From Nitrospirales bacterium (GTDB lineage: Bacteria; Nitrospirota; Nitrospiria; Nitrospirales; UBA8639), in NCBI GenBank assembly GCA_965203295.1, contig CBDBCZ010000017.1, positions 2,464,001-2,528,000 of the forward strand: a DNA stretch of 64,000 nucleotides, read 5' to 3'. Of the stretch, positions 1 to 11,196 are shown piece after piece. The position numbers and the translations under genes are program-made. The notes under the pieces are model-generated. The model saw nothing but the letters and a program-made list of their open reading frames with translations. It did no database searches and was not told where the DNA came from. The stretch's first letter is position 1. Every line of letters starts with the position of its first letter.

Positions 1-803
1 GGGGTAGCGAAATTTCTCAAGCAGTTTCGGGAAGACGGCACTATTTTGCGGCGGGTCGGCACGGGAAGGCCTTCGAAGGTCACAGCGGAGGTGAAAGCCA
101 TCGTCGAGGAGCAGATGAGACTCGACGATGAAACTACAGCCTTACAGCTCCACCGACTGCTAACAGAGAAGGGCTACGATTTGACAAGTCGCACTATCCT
201 TCGTTGTAGGACGCAGCTGGGGTGGACATTCAGGGGCAGCTCGTACTGCCAGCTGATTCGAGTCGCTAATAAGGAAAAGCGTCTCGCGTGGGCCCTGCGA
301 AACAGAAACGGTACCTTTGAGGATGTTGTCTGGTCGGATGAATCTTCAATTCAGCTTGAGACCCATCGAAGGTTCTGTTGCCGAAAGAAAGGAGAATGGC
401 CACGCAACAAACCAAGGTTTGTGATAGTAATATGTACGTATGCAGCTAAGCTACACTGATTCCGTTTGCTGCTGATGTGTTTCCGGAGGGATTTCGGTTC
501 ATGCAAGATAATGATCCGAAACACACGTCAAGACATGGCAAGGCATGGATTGAGAGCAAGGGTCTGAACTGGTGGAAGACGCCAGCGGAATCTCCGGACT
601 TGAACCCAATCGAGAACCTTCGGCACGAGCTCAAGGAGTTCCTGAGGCGGGAGATTAAGCCTAGGACGAAGGAAGCCCTCGTTGACGGCATTGAGACTTT
701 TTGGAGAACAGTAGACAAGGCACAATGTGCTCGCTATATACGGCATCTGCGCAAAGTGATTCCACGCGTTATCGAACTAAATGGAGATGCCACTGGGTAT
801 TGA
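1..803 (+). pseudogene. Tc1/mariner DD34E transposase, 5' partial, internally deleted
   Basis: GRPSK and HTH region, then VWSDESS (D1), FMQDNDPKHTS (D2) and SPDLNPIEN (E, 34 aa after D2). A probable intron donor at ~417 runs straight into coding sequence at ~457, so the usual middle segment is missing. Confidence 0.9.
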
Positions 804-959
804 CGTTGTTTCTTATGCAAGTAAATTTTCTCTAACAAGATAAACTGTATATTACTGTCCAATGCATTTATGATATAATACGGCTTATAATATGATACAT
901 GTAATAAAAAATAGCATGTAAAAGAAAAGCAACAGCAGGCAAAATGAATGTAGACAAGC

Positions 960-1287
960 TTATCGAAGTCTCTTGCATGCTTGTCCAACAGCATTGAAGC
1001 AAACACCCCATAACGCTTTCGAACTCGACTGGGTTTGACCAGTACTGGGAAAATTGGTCAAACATCACTTCTTTTAGAAAGTTTAGTTCGTCGTTTGGTA
1101 GTGCAGGAAGCTCTCTACTTCCGCCAGGAGTGCACTGTGCAAGGACTGCGTCACCAAAGATGGCTTGACGGGCTAACTTCACTGCTAGTGTTCCAGCTTT
1201 ACACTCTCCTCGCAATTTGGGGTGTTCCTGGATGACACGACTGGCTGGCTTCAATTTTTCTTTGTTGATAGCAGAAGACGATAATGC
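960..1287 (-). pseudogene. 3' part of a BEN-domain-like gene (BEN domain region)
   Basis: ALSSSAINKEKLKPAS...AGTLAVKLARQAIFGDAVLAQCTPGG..LPALPNDELNFLK. A 1-bp frameshift near 1015 restores WGVCFNAVGQACKRLR*, a BEN-like C-terminus. Confidence 0.7.
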
Positions 1288-1900
1288 GAGCTATGTTCGC
1301 CTTCCAAAAATGGAAGCTTTGTGGCACCTACAAATCATCCAAATCTGGAAGAATATTGTGAACAAACAATAATCATCCAAATTTGGATGATTTTCGACTG
1401 ATTTTTCCTCTATAGAGACTGAAAGAACAAATTTCATCCAAATATGGAAGAGGTTTTTCTTCCCATTTTGGAAGTCATTTTAAATCTTCCATTATTGGAA
1501 GACTTTGCCCATCCAGTTTTGGAACCTTATTTATAGTCTTCCATTATTGGAAGAGCCTTCTCATCCAGTTTTGGAACTTTATATAAATTAATATAGTCTT
1601 CCATTATCGGAAGAACCTTCTCATCCCGTTTTGGAACTTTATATAGTCTTCCATTATTGGAAGAACATAGTCTTCCGTTATTGGAAGAATCTTCTCATCC
1701 AGTTTTGGAGCATTATATAAATTAACATAGTCTTCCATTATTGGAAGAATCTTCTCATCCAGTTTTGGAACCTTATTTAAATTAATATAGTCTTCCATTA
1801 TTGGAAGAATCTTCTCATCCAGTTTTGGAACCTTATATAAGTTAATATAGTCCTCCGTTATTGGAGAATCTTCTCATCCAGTTTTGGAACTTTATTTAAA
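1288..1900. repeat. Left TIR of the KDZ element, with a 60-bp tandem array
   Basis: Reverse complement of ~6030-6729. Unit is TAGTCTTCCATTATTGGAAGAATCTTCTCATCCAGTTTTGGAAC..., with some units shortened. Confidence 0.92.
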
Positions 1901-1921
1901 TAATACATAATAGATAAACAT

Positions 1922-4590
1922 TTACAAAGAGAGATGGCTGAGGCTAAGCTTGCATGATTTATCCATGTTCTTTAAAGCAAGAAACAATGCACAATGTAAC
2001 TTAAAATTATCAATACTCATATGCACGCAAGTTGTCCACGAATTTTCTGCAGCCCAGAATTTGCTTGCTCATAGACTTGCGAGTTTATTTCCTTTACTCT
2101 TTTGTCGGCATATCCATCAAGGCAGTATCCCCTAGAACAGCCTACATGTCCCCGCCAGTGGAACCGGTCAACAAGAAACCGAGTTTTTTGAAAAAAGCGG
2201 GGCTCTCGATTGAGACAGTACATATGCAGTCTGCAGGCATTGTCGTAGATTATCATGTCTGGTGGCTGTGGGAATCGGGTTTTGAAAATTGAAAATGGGT
2301 GTCGTGGTGATTCACATCGCTCCAGAATCTCAAAGCCATAGCATACCCCATGCTGGCAATATATTGTAAAAATTCCTGGAGAAAGGGTCGGATGGCCGTA
2401 GGAGTTCTTCCGGCAAGAGTCTTGCTCCGATCTGCTCGCTACTCTGTCGGCTTCATATGCTGCATCTCCATGGAGCTTTGGTAGGCTGGGAAAAAAGCTA
2501 AGGGGATGTTCTGTTGGTGTAGGGTAGACACTGGTAAGGGGTGGTGAGCCTTGGAATGGTGCAGTAAGAGTACGGAGGAGGAGATGAAGGAGTTTACGAA
2601 CATCTTCTGGTAACACCCCATCTTCAGTTGGACATGTATTGATGAACTGTGCAAGAACTGGTGCATGCTGCTGAATCTCACCTAGCTCTGTATGGTGCAC
2701 TGAGTTTCTCAGATCTATTTGACCATCAGCCACTGCTGTGATGATCTGCAGTACTTTCTTGTGACCAGCTACCTGCAAATGAATTCGGCAATATATTAGT
2801 TATCCATCTCCTGCCTTGGTACAAACGGTCCTACAGTATGTTTGGTTACCTACTGCAGAATAACAATAACATTATTCATACCTGCAAAAGCCCACAGATT
2901 GGTGAGCTTCGAGACAGCTCACTAAGAAAGAGCCGGTATGGTTCTGGAGAACTCCTTCCATTCTCATGCACCAGCCTCTGTATCACTTCTGCAAGAGAAG
3001 AAAGATCCTCTGCTCGTAGCAGCCTGTCTAGTTGCTGCAGGTCAGCAGAAGTCAGCTGAGAAGGATTTCTCAAACGCTTTCTATCCCTTGAATACCCACT
3101 GAACTGGAGAAGCAGTTCTCGAGCTTTTTGACTCCTAATGAGTACCCTCTCCGCATGCTGGCTTCCCGAGATATAGGCTTTCTCTTCTTCTGCAGCTCTA
3201 CCAGATTCAACCTGAAGAAAAGGGGAGATGTGTTACTCATGCGGCTGTTAACAGCTGCAGTGTAGTAGGGCGCATAAAATGAAGATATGCAGTAAAAGTG
3301 TAATATTGTTTCTCTTGGCATACCTGAAACTGTTCCAAAAGGTCCTTCCGGAAACTTATCATGGTACCATCGCAAACCACCACTTTTGGGGTGGGTCCGC
3401 AGAGTGGACAGACAAATGACTCTTGCCAGTTGATATCCTTCTTTCCACTTTCATAGAGGTCATGCAGCTCCCTGAGATAGCCTGGTAGAGGGTATGGAAC
3501 TTTCCTAAGCATAGAAAGAATGTAGTTAGCTATACCCATGATGCTATATATCATATTATTGGGGCAAGCGTGAGCGAGCCCCCCCTTAGTGCTGTGAATG
3601 GCAATTTTGTCTGTCCGTCCGTCCGTCCGTACGGATGCATGGTCCTATATACCGCAAATACTTCAAATACCTATTTCAATGACATGCCCTCGCTCACGCT
3701 CACCCCACAATGCTCTGCATTCACTAGTTATGTACACGGTATACAAAAACATCACTTACTTGTAGGAGTAGCAATGGTAGGTTGGGCTTGCATCTGATTC
3801 TGGCGCACTCTCAAGCTCTATATCTTGCTCCTCACACCATTCCTCAAATGCTCGGACGTGATTGCAGTGCCCACTACACAGAAGGCATTGAAGTTTTGGA
3901 GTACGCTTCCGTCCAATCAGTCCATAACTGCTCCCATCAAATACAGCAGCTAAAAGCGGTTGAAGGGTAAGGATATCAGCAGAGAACCTGACTGTTCTGT
4001 AGGGCCTCATCCTCCTCTTCTCCATGCTCCCTACTGCCAACATCACTAGAAAAGTGAAGGTATTGGAATGCACGCCTGCAGGACAGAATATATAGTACGA
4101 TTATTAATGTTATCCACAGCCATGCACTAGCTATGCATGCATCATGTACTCACCTGTGTATGCAGTAGAGAGAGACCTCTCTATCCTTGAACTGCTGTAG
4201 GTTTTCGGTGATTACAGAACTGGTGGCATGCAGACGCGCACTCTGATCAAGAGATGATGGACATGAGCAGGTTAGGAGCTTCATCTCTGAGGTCTGGTCA
4301 TGAAAGTGTACTGGTTGAAGGAGGCAATAGTCACGAACGAGTTCTCCATTGGAAGCACAGTTTGCCAAGATGAATGCTTCTTGCGGGTGTAGACAAAAGA
4401 AACGACCAGCTGCCTTCAAGTTGCGGACATATACCACATCTTTGGAGAAAGCCCCAACCTATAATGATTTATAATATTATATTGTAATTCTGAGCTACAC
4501 AGGATTAATATATAGCTACTGTCCGACAAACCTTAGCCGGTTGTGCAGTGTGATTACTTTGAACTGTTGTCTTGTGTTTCTGCTTGACAT
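1922..4590 (-). CDS. KDZ (Kyakuja-Dileera-Zisupton) transposase, 6 predicted exons, probable frameshift near the C-terminus
   Basis: GT-AG exons at about 4590-4532, 4458-4154, 4075-3760, 3504-3324, 3211-2882 and 2772-1922. Motifs: SWIM-like CSC..CIH and CLLC..CNH; CPLCGPTP.VVVCDGT; GIFTIYCQHGVCYGF; IIYDNACRL; VDRFHWRGH.GCS; NSQVYEQANS. A frameshift at ~2025 restores HMSIDNFKLHCALFLALKN. Confidence 0.88.
3556..3730 (+). mobile_element. DINE-1/HINE-like (Helentron-associated) short element in a KDZ intron
   Basis: Subterminal inverted repeats GCGTGAGCGAG / CTCGCTCACGC, an internal (GTCC)n microsatellite and a 3' ..CACTAG end. Confidence 0.5.
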
Positions 4591-4975
4591 CTGTTGCTGG
4601 ATTCTTCTTCGTCGTCCTAGTTTTCACTTGAATTCCTTTTCTTCTGCTTGACATTGTTTCTGCTTCGAGATACCGTTTGACAAAGCTCTACACCTGCTTA
4701 TATATCCAATCTTTCTCCTTGACGTCACCATCATTACTCCAGAGTTGTCAATTAACGCTGCATACTTACAAGCACTGCCGGTACTGCTGTACCAGCGCGT
4801 ACTCGACGTCACCATACAGCTGACTTTAATCTCGAGCGACAAGCGCGCGACCAAGAGAGGTATATAAGCAAACCAATTACCATCAGTCCTATAGCTGTTA
4901 CATGCGCTACAAATTCTCCGAACCCTAAAGAATCTCCGAATTCGAACTCACCTCACTACCGGCGATCCTAGTATT

Positions 4976-5919
4976 ATGGCAGGGAAGCGGACCAACGACG
5001 CGAGGGACATCAAGCGGAAGATCGAGAAGGTGCAAAAGGCGTGCGCCGAACTGAAAGATCTAGGTGTAGCAATGGGAGTCATTTACTCATCCAAGAAAAC
5101 GAACGGGCTACACTTCTTTGGAGACCAACGCATCACCTCAGTTGTCGAGATGCACAAAGACGAAATCCTGCTAAATACCGCGTGGTTTGACGACGAGAAT
5201 GAGGATCCAGAACGAATCGAGGATCGTGATCCAGGTTTCATTCTCCCGCCGCTCCCAGCTGAACTGCAAACCCTTAACGGGGTGACGCTCAAGGCAGTGA
5301 TAGCGGGTCTCGTCAATGATCTGGGCTTAACTTGGAAGTCTGAAAAACCATGCTGGTGGCCTTCTGAGTTTCCCTTTCGACACCCAAAAACGCCACCAGA
5401 AAATTGTGGTAAGTGCGGCCTATATTCTAATTATAGCCTCCGTAGTGGCGCTGCAACGCAGGTACTTAATTAAAAAGCTTATGTTTGTATTTACTGTCAC
5501 CATATTAAACTTTTCCCCTAACTACAGGCAACTGGAGTAATGGAATGCGTCGCATTATTGCAGCATGTTACAGCTACTATGGCCACAGTGTAGGTGACTA
5601 TGTCCTACCAGAACTAGAAGACCCTAGGGAAAGGAAGATTATACCTGATGACTTGAGTCACCCACCCATGCCTCCAATTACCCCACTTCGGACTTCCACG
5701 CCACGGCATTCGAGCAACCTTCTGACTTCTCCCTGCGTCCTCAGTCCTCTACCCCCAACACCACGACGCCCGACTTCTGCCACCCTAAGTCCTCTACCAC
5801 CAACACCACAATGTCGCCAGGTTTCAACACAGTCCCCTCCATTCAAGAGAACCAAACTATCACATAATCCCAAACAGTTCACTCCACTGGCTGTACGTAG
5901 ACCTAGAAGGAATCTGTAG
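4976..5919 (+). CDS. NRF1/Erect-wing-like DNA-binding domain protein (2 exons, intron 5409-5527), cargo of the KDZ element
   Basis: The spliced frame is open: LPPLPAEL..LKAVIAGL..W..EKPCWWPSEFPF..G|NWSNGMRRIIAACYSYYG. This resembles NRF1 LPPL..LRAFI..W..CKPIWWPEDIPW..SWTQALRTIVKNCYKQHG. Canonical GTAAGT/TACAG intron and a Pro-rich tail. Confidence 0.75.
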
Positions 5920-6029
5920 ATGATGTCTTAATCCTGTTTTTAGTGGTTTATATAGGTTTGGTAATGTGTGTTGTGTGAACATTATAAAAGTTTCAACACT
6001 GGATGACAAATTTAATTTAAATGACCAAT

Positions 6030-6729
6030 ATCAGATGAGAAGATTCTTCCAATAATGGAAGACTATATTAATTTAAATAAGGTTCCAAAACTGGATGAGA
6101 AGATTCTTCCAATAATGGAAGACTATATTAATTTAAATAAGGTTCCAAAACTGGATGAGAAGATTCTTCCATTAATGGAAGACTATATTATTTTAAATAA
6201 GGTTCCAAAACTGGATGAGAAGATTCTTCCAATAATGGAAGACTATATAAAGTTCCAAAACTGGATGAGAAGATTCTTCCAATAATGGAAGACTATATTA
6301 ATTTAAATAAGGTTCCAAAACTGGATGAGAAGATTCTTCCAATAATGGAAGACTATATCATTTTAAAGAAGGTTCCAAAACTGGATGAGAAGATTCTTCC
6401 GATAATGGAAGACTATGTTAATTTATATAAAGTTCCAAAACTGGATGAGAACATTCTTCCGATAATGGAAGACTATATTAATTTATACAAAGTTCCAAAC
6501 TTGGATGTGAAGGTTCTTCCAATAATGGAAGATTTAAAATGACTTCCAAAATGGGAAGAAAAACCTCTTCCATATTTGGATGAAATTTGTTCTTTCAGTC
6601 TCTATAGAGGAAAAATCAGTCGAAAATCATCCAAATTTGGATGATTATTGTTTGTTCACAATAATCTTCCAGATTTGGATGATTTGTAGGTGCCACAAAG
6701 CTTCCATTTTTGGAACGCGACCATACCTG
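6030..6729. repeat. Right TIR of the KDZ element, with about 8 copies of a 60-bp tandem unit
   Basis: Unit GGTTCCAAAACTGGATGAGAAGATTCTTCCAATAATGGAAGACTATATTAATTTAAATAA. Inverted copy of the left TIR. Confidence 0.92.
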
Positions 6730-8555
6730 GATAATGCATTGCCAGCTTTCTTGATGGCAACTGGTTTTGGCTTAGGCCCGCTGGAGTTTGCTGCAGTAGA
6801 AGGGCCGGAGACTGACGGACTGGTAGGAGTCTGGGGGGGTTGACACATTTGGGGCGATTGGGCGGGTTGATAGGGCTGAGGTGATTGATAGACATATGAC
6901 TGCTGTTGATACGGTTGGGGGACTTGATAAGGATACGGCGGCTGTTGTGACCAATTTGGCTGAGGTACGTGGCTAGATGTCCAAGATTGCTCAAGTGCCG
7001 CAAGTCTAGCTAGAATTGTCTGCTGAATATCGTCAATCGCTTGCTGTTTTGCTTCCATGGTTAGGACTTTGGTCTCCAATTCACGAACAGCTATCTCAAA
7101 AAGCAGGGGATCTGGGGGGGGGATGTAAGAAGCACCTCTTTGCTAACATGTTTCTATTTAGTGCTCACCCCCCTACATGTACAGGGTCTGCTTGCTATGA
7201 ATAACTCACCTGATTCTGATAGGTCGCTGGTGCTGCTAGAATTGCTGATGTCCATTGAAGAACTAAACGAGTCATCGGTCTCGACAGCAGCAGCAGTAGC
7301 ACTATCAGTCTCGACAGGAGTGATCGTGGCAAACTTAGAGGGGGTTCCTGTCAGGTCAATAAACATATTCTTGAATATTTTCTATTTAGTGCTCACTTAT
7401 CCCCCCCCCCCCCCAAACTACACCATACATGCAAAAGGGTCTATTGCACATGATTGCCTACTCATGGGCTTCCGTTCCTGAATCCTAGTGGGTATGAAAA
7501 AGTTTACTCACCTAATTCTGAAAGGTCACTGGTGCTGTTGGAACTGCTGATATACATTGAGACATCTGATGAACCATCACCGTCAATAGTAGTCTGGATG
7601 GACAGTAGGACCCTTCGCAGTAGCATCCTCGGTAGCAGTGGTCTCAGCAGCAGTGGTCTCAGCAGCAGTGGTCTTCGATGGTGTTTCGGTCAGGTCAATA
7701 GTTGAATGTTTGACAACACGAATAATTGATCCCTCATCTAATAAAGCATTAGGAGATGATGCAATCATTAGGTACCTTGAGTGTTAGTGAAAGTCTCCTG
7801 CCCTACTCATGTATAAATAATTGACATACATGTACCTTTAGGTGCTTTTGCAGGTTTTTTTGCAGCTGAAGTTTTTCCTTTTTTTGCAGCTGTCTTCTTC
7901 GCCGCTGGCTGCTTCTTTTGTGGTTTCTTGCAGTTTTCTTTCCCTTCTGCACCATTTTGATCTATTATAAACACAACATACATGCAATAACACACTAGAT
8001 CTAATATAAGTACATGTGTAGGCCCAGACCTGATTTAATTATGGTACAATCAATCAATCAAATTTTATTAATGTGTCACCAGTATACACAAACAAGAACT
8101 GCTACAGGCAGCAGTAATGAAGTACTAGTAGTAGCCTGTACAATTATACCTCTCTTTTTCTTCTTGGCTGGTGGCTTCACTGGGGTGTTTTGTTTCAGCT
8201 CCACCAGAGGGTTGGCTCCCTGTTGAAATGGTGTGTATTCTCCATCAATGAAATCATCCGAGAGTTTCTCCATCTCATCTTTTGATCCTGTAATGAAAGG
8301 AAAGTTTTACGTGCAGTATATTGTGCATACATGAGGTAGGTAGTGTATGCTGAGGAGCCCAGCAGAACTGGCAGTGTATTCAAAAAAAGGCATTTACCAA
8401 TTGCAGCAACACGTCCATCGTAAACTGTCCGCATGTACTTGACTTTACAGTAGTCTCCAACAGTCAGTGTACTGCTTTCAGGTTCCAGAATGCTGTTACT
8501 AGGTACAGCGGTCACAGAGTCTTCTCCCGACCAGTAAATCAGGAAAAAGTTCCCT
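6730..8555 (-). pseudogene. 5' exons of the BEN-domain-like gene (acidic/Lys-rich, Ser/Thr-rich, coiled-coil and Pro/Gln-rich exons)
   Basis: GT-AG-bounded exons: FLIYWSGEDSVTAVP..GDYCKVKY..YDGRVAAIG; SKDEMEKL..; KENCKKPQKK; ELETKVLTMEAKQQ..LARLAALE. The frame continues across the KDZ TSD into 1287-960. Confidence 0.65.
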
Positions 8556-8875
8556 GTGAAAGAGATATGGGTTTTGCTAAACTGGTTTGCACACTATAGC
8601 CGCTTAATATCTGCCCTCAACTGTATATTAAAACGCTCTCTAGTCCTATCCTCGTTCCCAGGCGCCAGTTTTAATACAGCTACACGCTATTCTGTGCTTG
8701 GAACGCCTACTCTGCATCATCAAATACATCTTAGAGCTAGCTAGTTAACTGCAGACGGCTTATCGACTGTTTATCAGGATTGAAAACACGTACACACAAA
8801 ACGTACAAGTTCCCAATGTTGAAAATACTCACTGTTTGGCTTCTGACGTTTCAAGACAGTTCTTAGAGTCATCCT

Positions 8876-8976
8876 CGATGGCTGGCAGTAGTTGACTGTA
8901 AAAACGTTCGATGGCTGGCAGTAGTTGACTGTAAAAACGCTCGATGGCTGGCAGTAGTCGACTGTAAAAACGTTCA
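8876..8976. repeat. 33-bp tandem repeat x3 near the Tc1 right end
   Basis: CGATGGCTGGCAGTAGTTGACTGTAAAAACGTT repeated three times. Confidence 0.85.
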
Positions 8977-10475
8977 CACTACACGTGTAAAACGGAAGTG
9001 CGATTCGTAATTACGGTACGGTACGGTAATCGCGCTACTGTCGGCAGATTGTGTACCGCGGGTATTTCAGGAACGATCGAACATACTACGATCGTACTAC
9101 AGAAACGGAACGGCAACTTTTTTTTGTCCACTACTGTATATATATATATATGTAGCTAGAATGAATAAGTAAAGGCGTAGGTAGAATGAATAACTAAAGG
9201 TGTGAGCAAATAAGCATATAGCCAAGGGCTTACTTGACAATCTCGTGTCCATCTCCACCATCACCAGAGCTTTCAGAATCACTGCAGTCTGTAGTATGAT
9301 AGAGAGGGAAAAAAGAGAATCCCTTCTTATCATAAAATGTATGCACACCACATCACTAACAGGCCCACCCTAAAATGCCATTGTGTAAGTGCACCACCAA
9401 CCTAGGGCTGCCAGATTATGGACAGTTACATCACTAGGCTGGTGCTGGGCCCTCCCTAGAAGCCATCGGGCAAGTGCACCACCAAACCTAGGGCAGCCAG
9501 ATTATACAGAGTTACATCACTAGCCTAGTGCCAGGCCATGGCCCACCCTAGAAGCCACTGTGCAACAACTATGTGCTGCCATATTACCCACAGTTACATC
9601 ATAATGTGGGCATAAACGGCGCCGGCAGCAGTATGAGCATAATTGACCTTTCACACATGGAGTAGCACTGTCAGCAGCAGTATTGGCACTGGTAGTCCAG
9701 CAAAACCCATTTAACAGTGACAGACTTAGACTCAGATAGTGGTAGTGCAGCCCCACTAGTAACTAACATCAAATATTTACATTTCATTAAGCATCGAACC
9801 TCTGGCATTATGTTCTATAAACATTTTTACATGACATTTTTGTGAGCATAATAGGGATCATCAAGAGCACAATTGGACATCTCTGGAGCATTATTGGATG
9901 GCATAATGGGCAGATTTTTTAGCATAATAGCCTCGTCCCTAAGGCTGGGTAAGGCCCGCCCTAGAAGCCACAGTGGCACTGTGGCAGACAAACTTGCACT
10001 TTCACCTTTCTCACACCAATGAACTCAAGCTTGAGAGCTCCCTCTCCTTAGTGGCAAGTATACCACAATACCATACAAAGCAGCTAACTATTTAGAAGTG
10101 ACACCATCCAGAAGTTTTCTTCATGCTATATAGCGTTCATCTTACCCACAAGTTCCCCACAAATTTTAATTAGGCCCTATACCAAAAGTACAAAATTACT
10201 GAAAATTCTTGACAAGGACCACTTTTGCACTCATTGCATGTGCAACAATAGAGCAGCTGAAGGCCACAAAAACTATATAGGATTAAAGTAAAAAATAGTT
10301 CCAATGGTGGAAGACTGCACACATAAACAAAATCTTGCCCCTGGGCTTTCTTTACCCCGCTTGAAACATTTGCGGTAGATCTCTCCAAATCCAAGATAGA
10401 TATCATGCTGCTTAAGCCTAGGCTGTATCAGTGGTTCTATAACGACATATTATCCTTCAATGGAGAGTAATGGCC

Positions 10476-11196
10476 TGTCACGGAAAAATTGGTCTGGGGG
10501 ACCAAGCAGTCCGGGTGGACTTATTTTCCAGAAAATTTTGGTACCCTCCTGAAAACAATGGTGCAACCTGCGCCACAAGCGAATTCCGCCCGCTACTGTC
10601 TTTAATACGCACTTGATAGTAAGAGTGGACGACTACTGTTACACTAAGGTGGATGGCTACATGTTCGAGTGTATTGTATTGGCTTGTTTCTAGTCACAGC
10701 CTACGCCTACCGTCAATAGCCTCATCATACCGTGCGCGTGAGTGTATACATGAAGCTAGATCTGTACATTGTATAGCTCCCAGGCCAGTACCACTTCGAC
10801 CAAGAAAAAATGCGTCGCCATTTGTGGAACTGCTTCGAGAGAGGGAAAATGTCAATGAACTCGTACAGCACAGAATCGACTTTACAGTCAGTTGACAAAG
10901 TCCCAGTGTAGCTACTGCATCAGTTTGTAGGATATCGATGACTGTTTCATACCTTTGTATTAAGCGACCTAATGGCTAACTAATTTAAACGGTTGATGAT
11001 AACTATGCCATACATGTAAGCTTACATATATGAAGGGAGGCAAATTTTCAAGGTAAAACCAACTCTGCTGGAAACGTGATGAGGGGAACAAAATTTTCAG
11101 GGTAGGACCAATTTTGCTGGAAAAAATGGTCCGGGAGACCAAAAAATTTTTTGGCCCTAGGACCACTTTTTTTCTAGGACTAAAATTCCAGTGACA
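10476..11196. mobile_element. Non-autonomous TIR element with TGT...ACA termini (Ginger-like)
   Basis: GGCC|TGTCACGGAAAAATT ... AAAATTCCAGTGACA|GGCC, with subterminal GGACCA/TGGTCC repeats. Confidence 0.6.

Larger units (their letters stand above)
1288..6729 (-). mobile_element. KDZ/Zisupton-superfamily DNA transposon with long TIRs and 8-bp TSD
   Basis: GATAATGC occurs at 1280-1287 and 6730-6737. The termini GAGCTATGTTCGCCTTCCAAAAATGGAAGC and (rc) CAGGTATGGTCGCGTTCCAAAAATGGAAGC are imperfect inverted copies. Removing the element restores the host frame KAGNALS|SSAINK. It encodes a KDZ transposase. Confidence 0.92.
1..9136 (+). mobile_element. Large Tc1-family DNA transposon (left end outside window) carrying a convergent BEN-domain-like cargo gene
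   Basis: Tc1 transposase at 1-803. The sequence ending at 9136 reads CAGTAGTGGACAAAAAAAAGTTGCCG on the minus strand, a Tc1-like terminus, and is followed by a TA run from 9137. The left TIR is not visible, so the pairing is inferred. Confidence 0.6.

Noticed and set aside
1480..1900. Regularly spaced palindromic repeats resembling a CRISPR array
   Set aside because: The intervening sequences are also repeated (no unique spacers), there are no cas genes, and the context is a eukaryotic transposon TIR.
6055..6542. ORFs of repeated MEDYINLNKVPKLDEKILPI (also 1604-1798), superficially LRR-like
   Set aside because: They are translations of the 60-bp TIR tandem unit, mirrored in both TIRs and broken by shortened units. 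There is no evidence they are genes.
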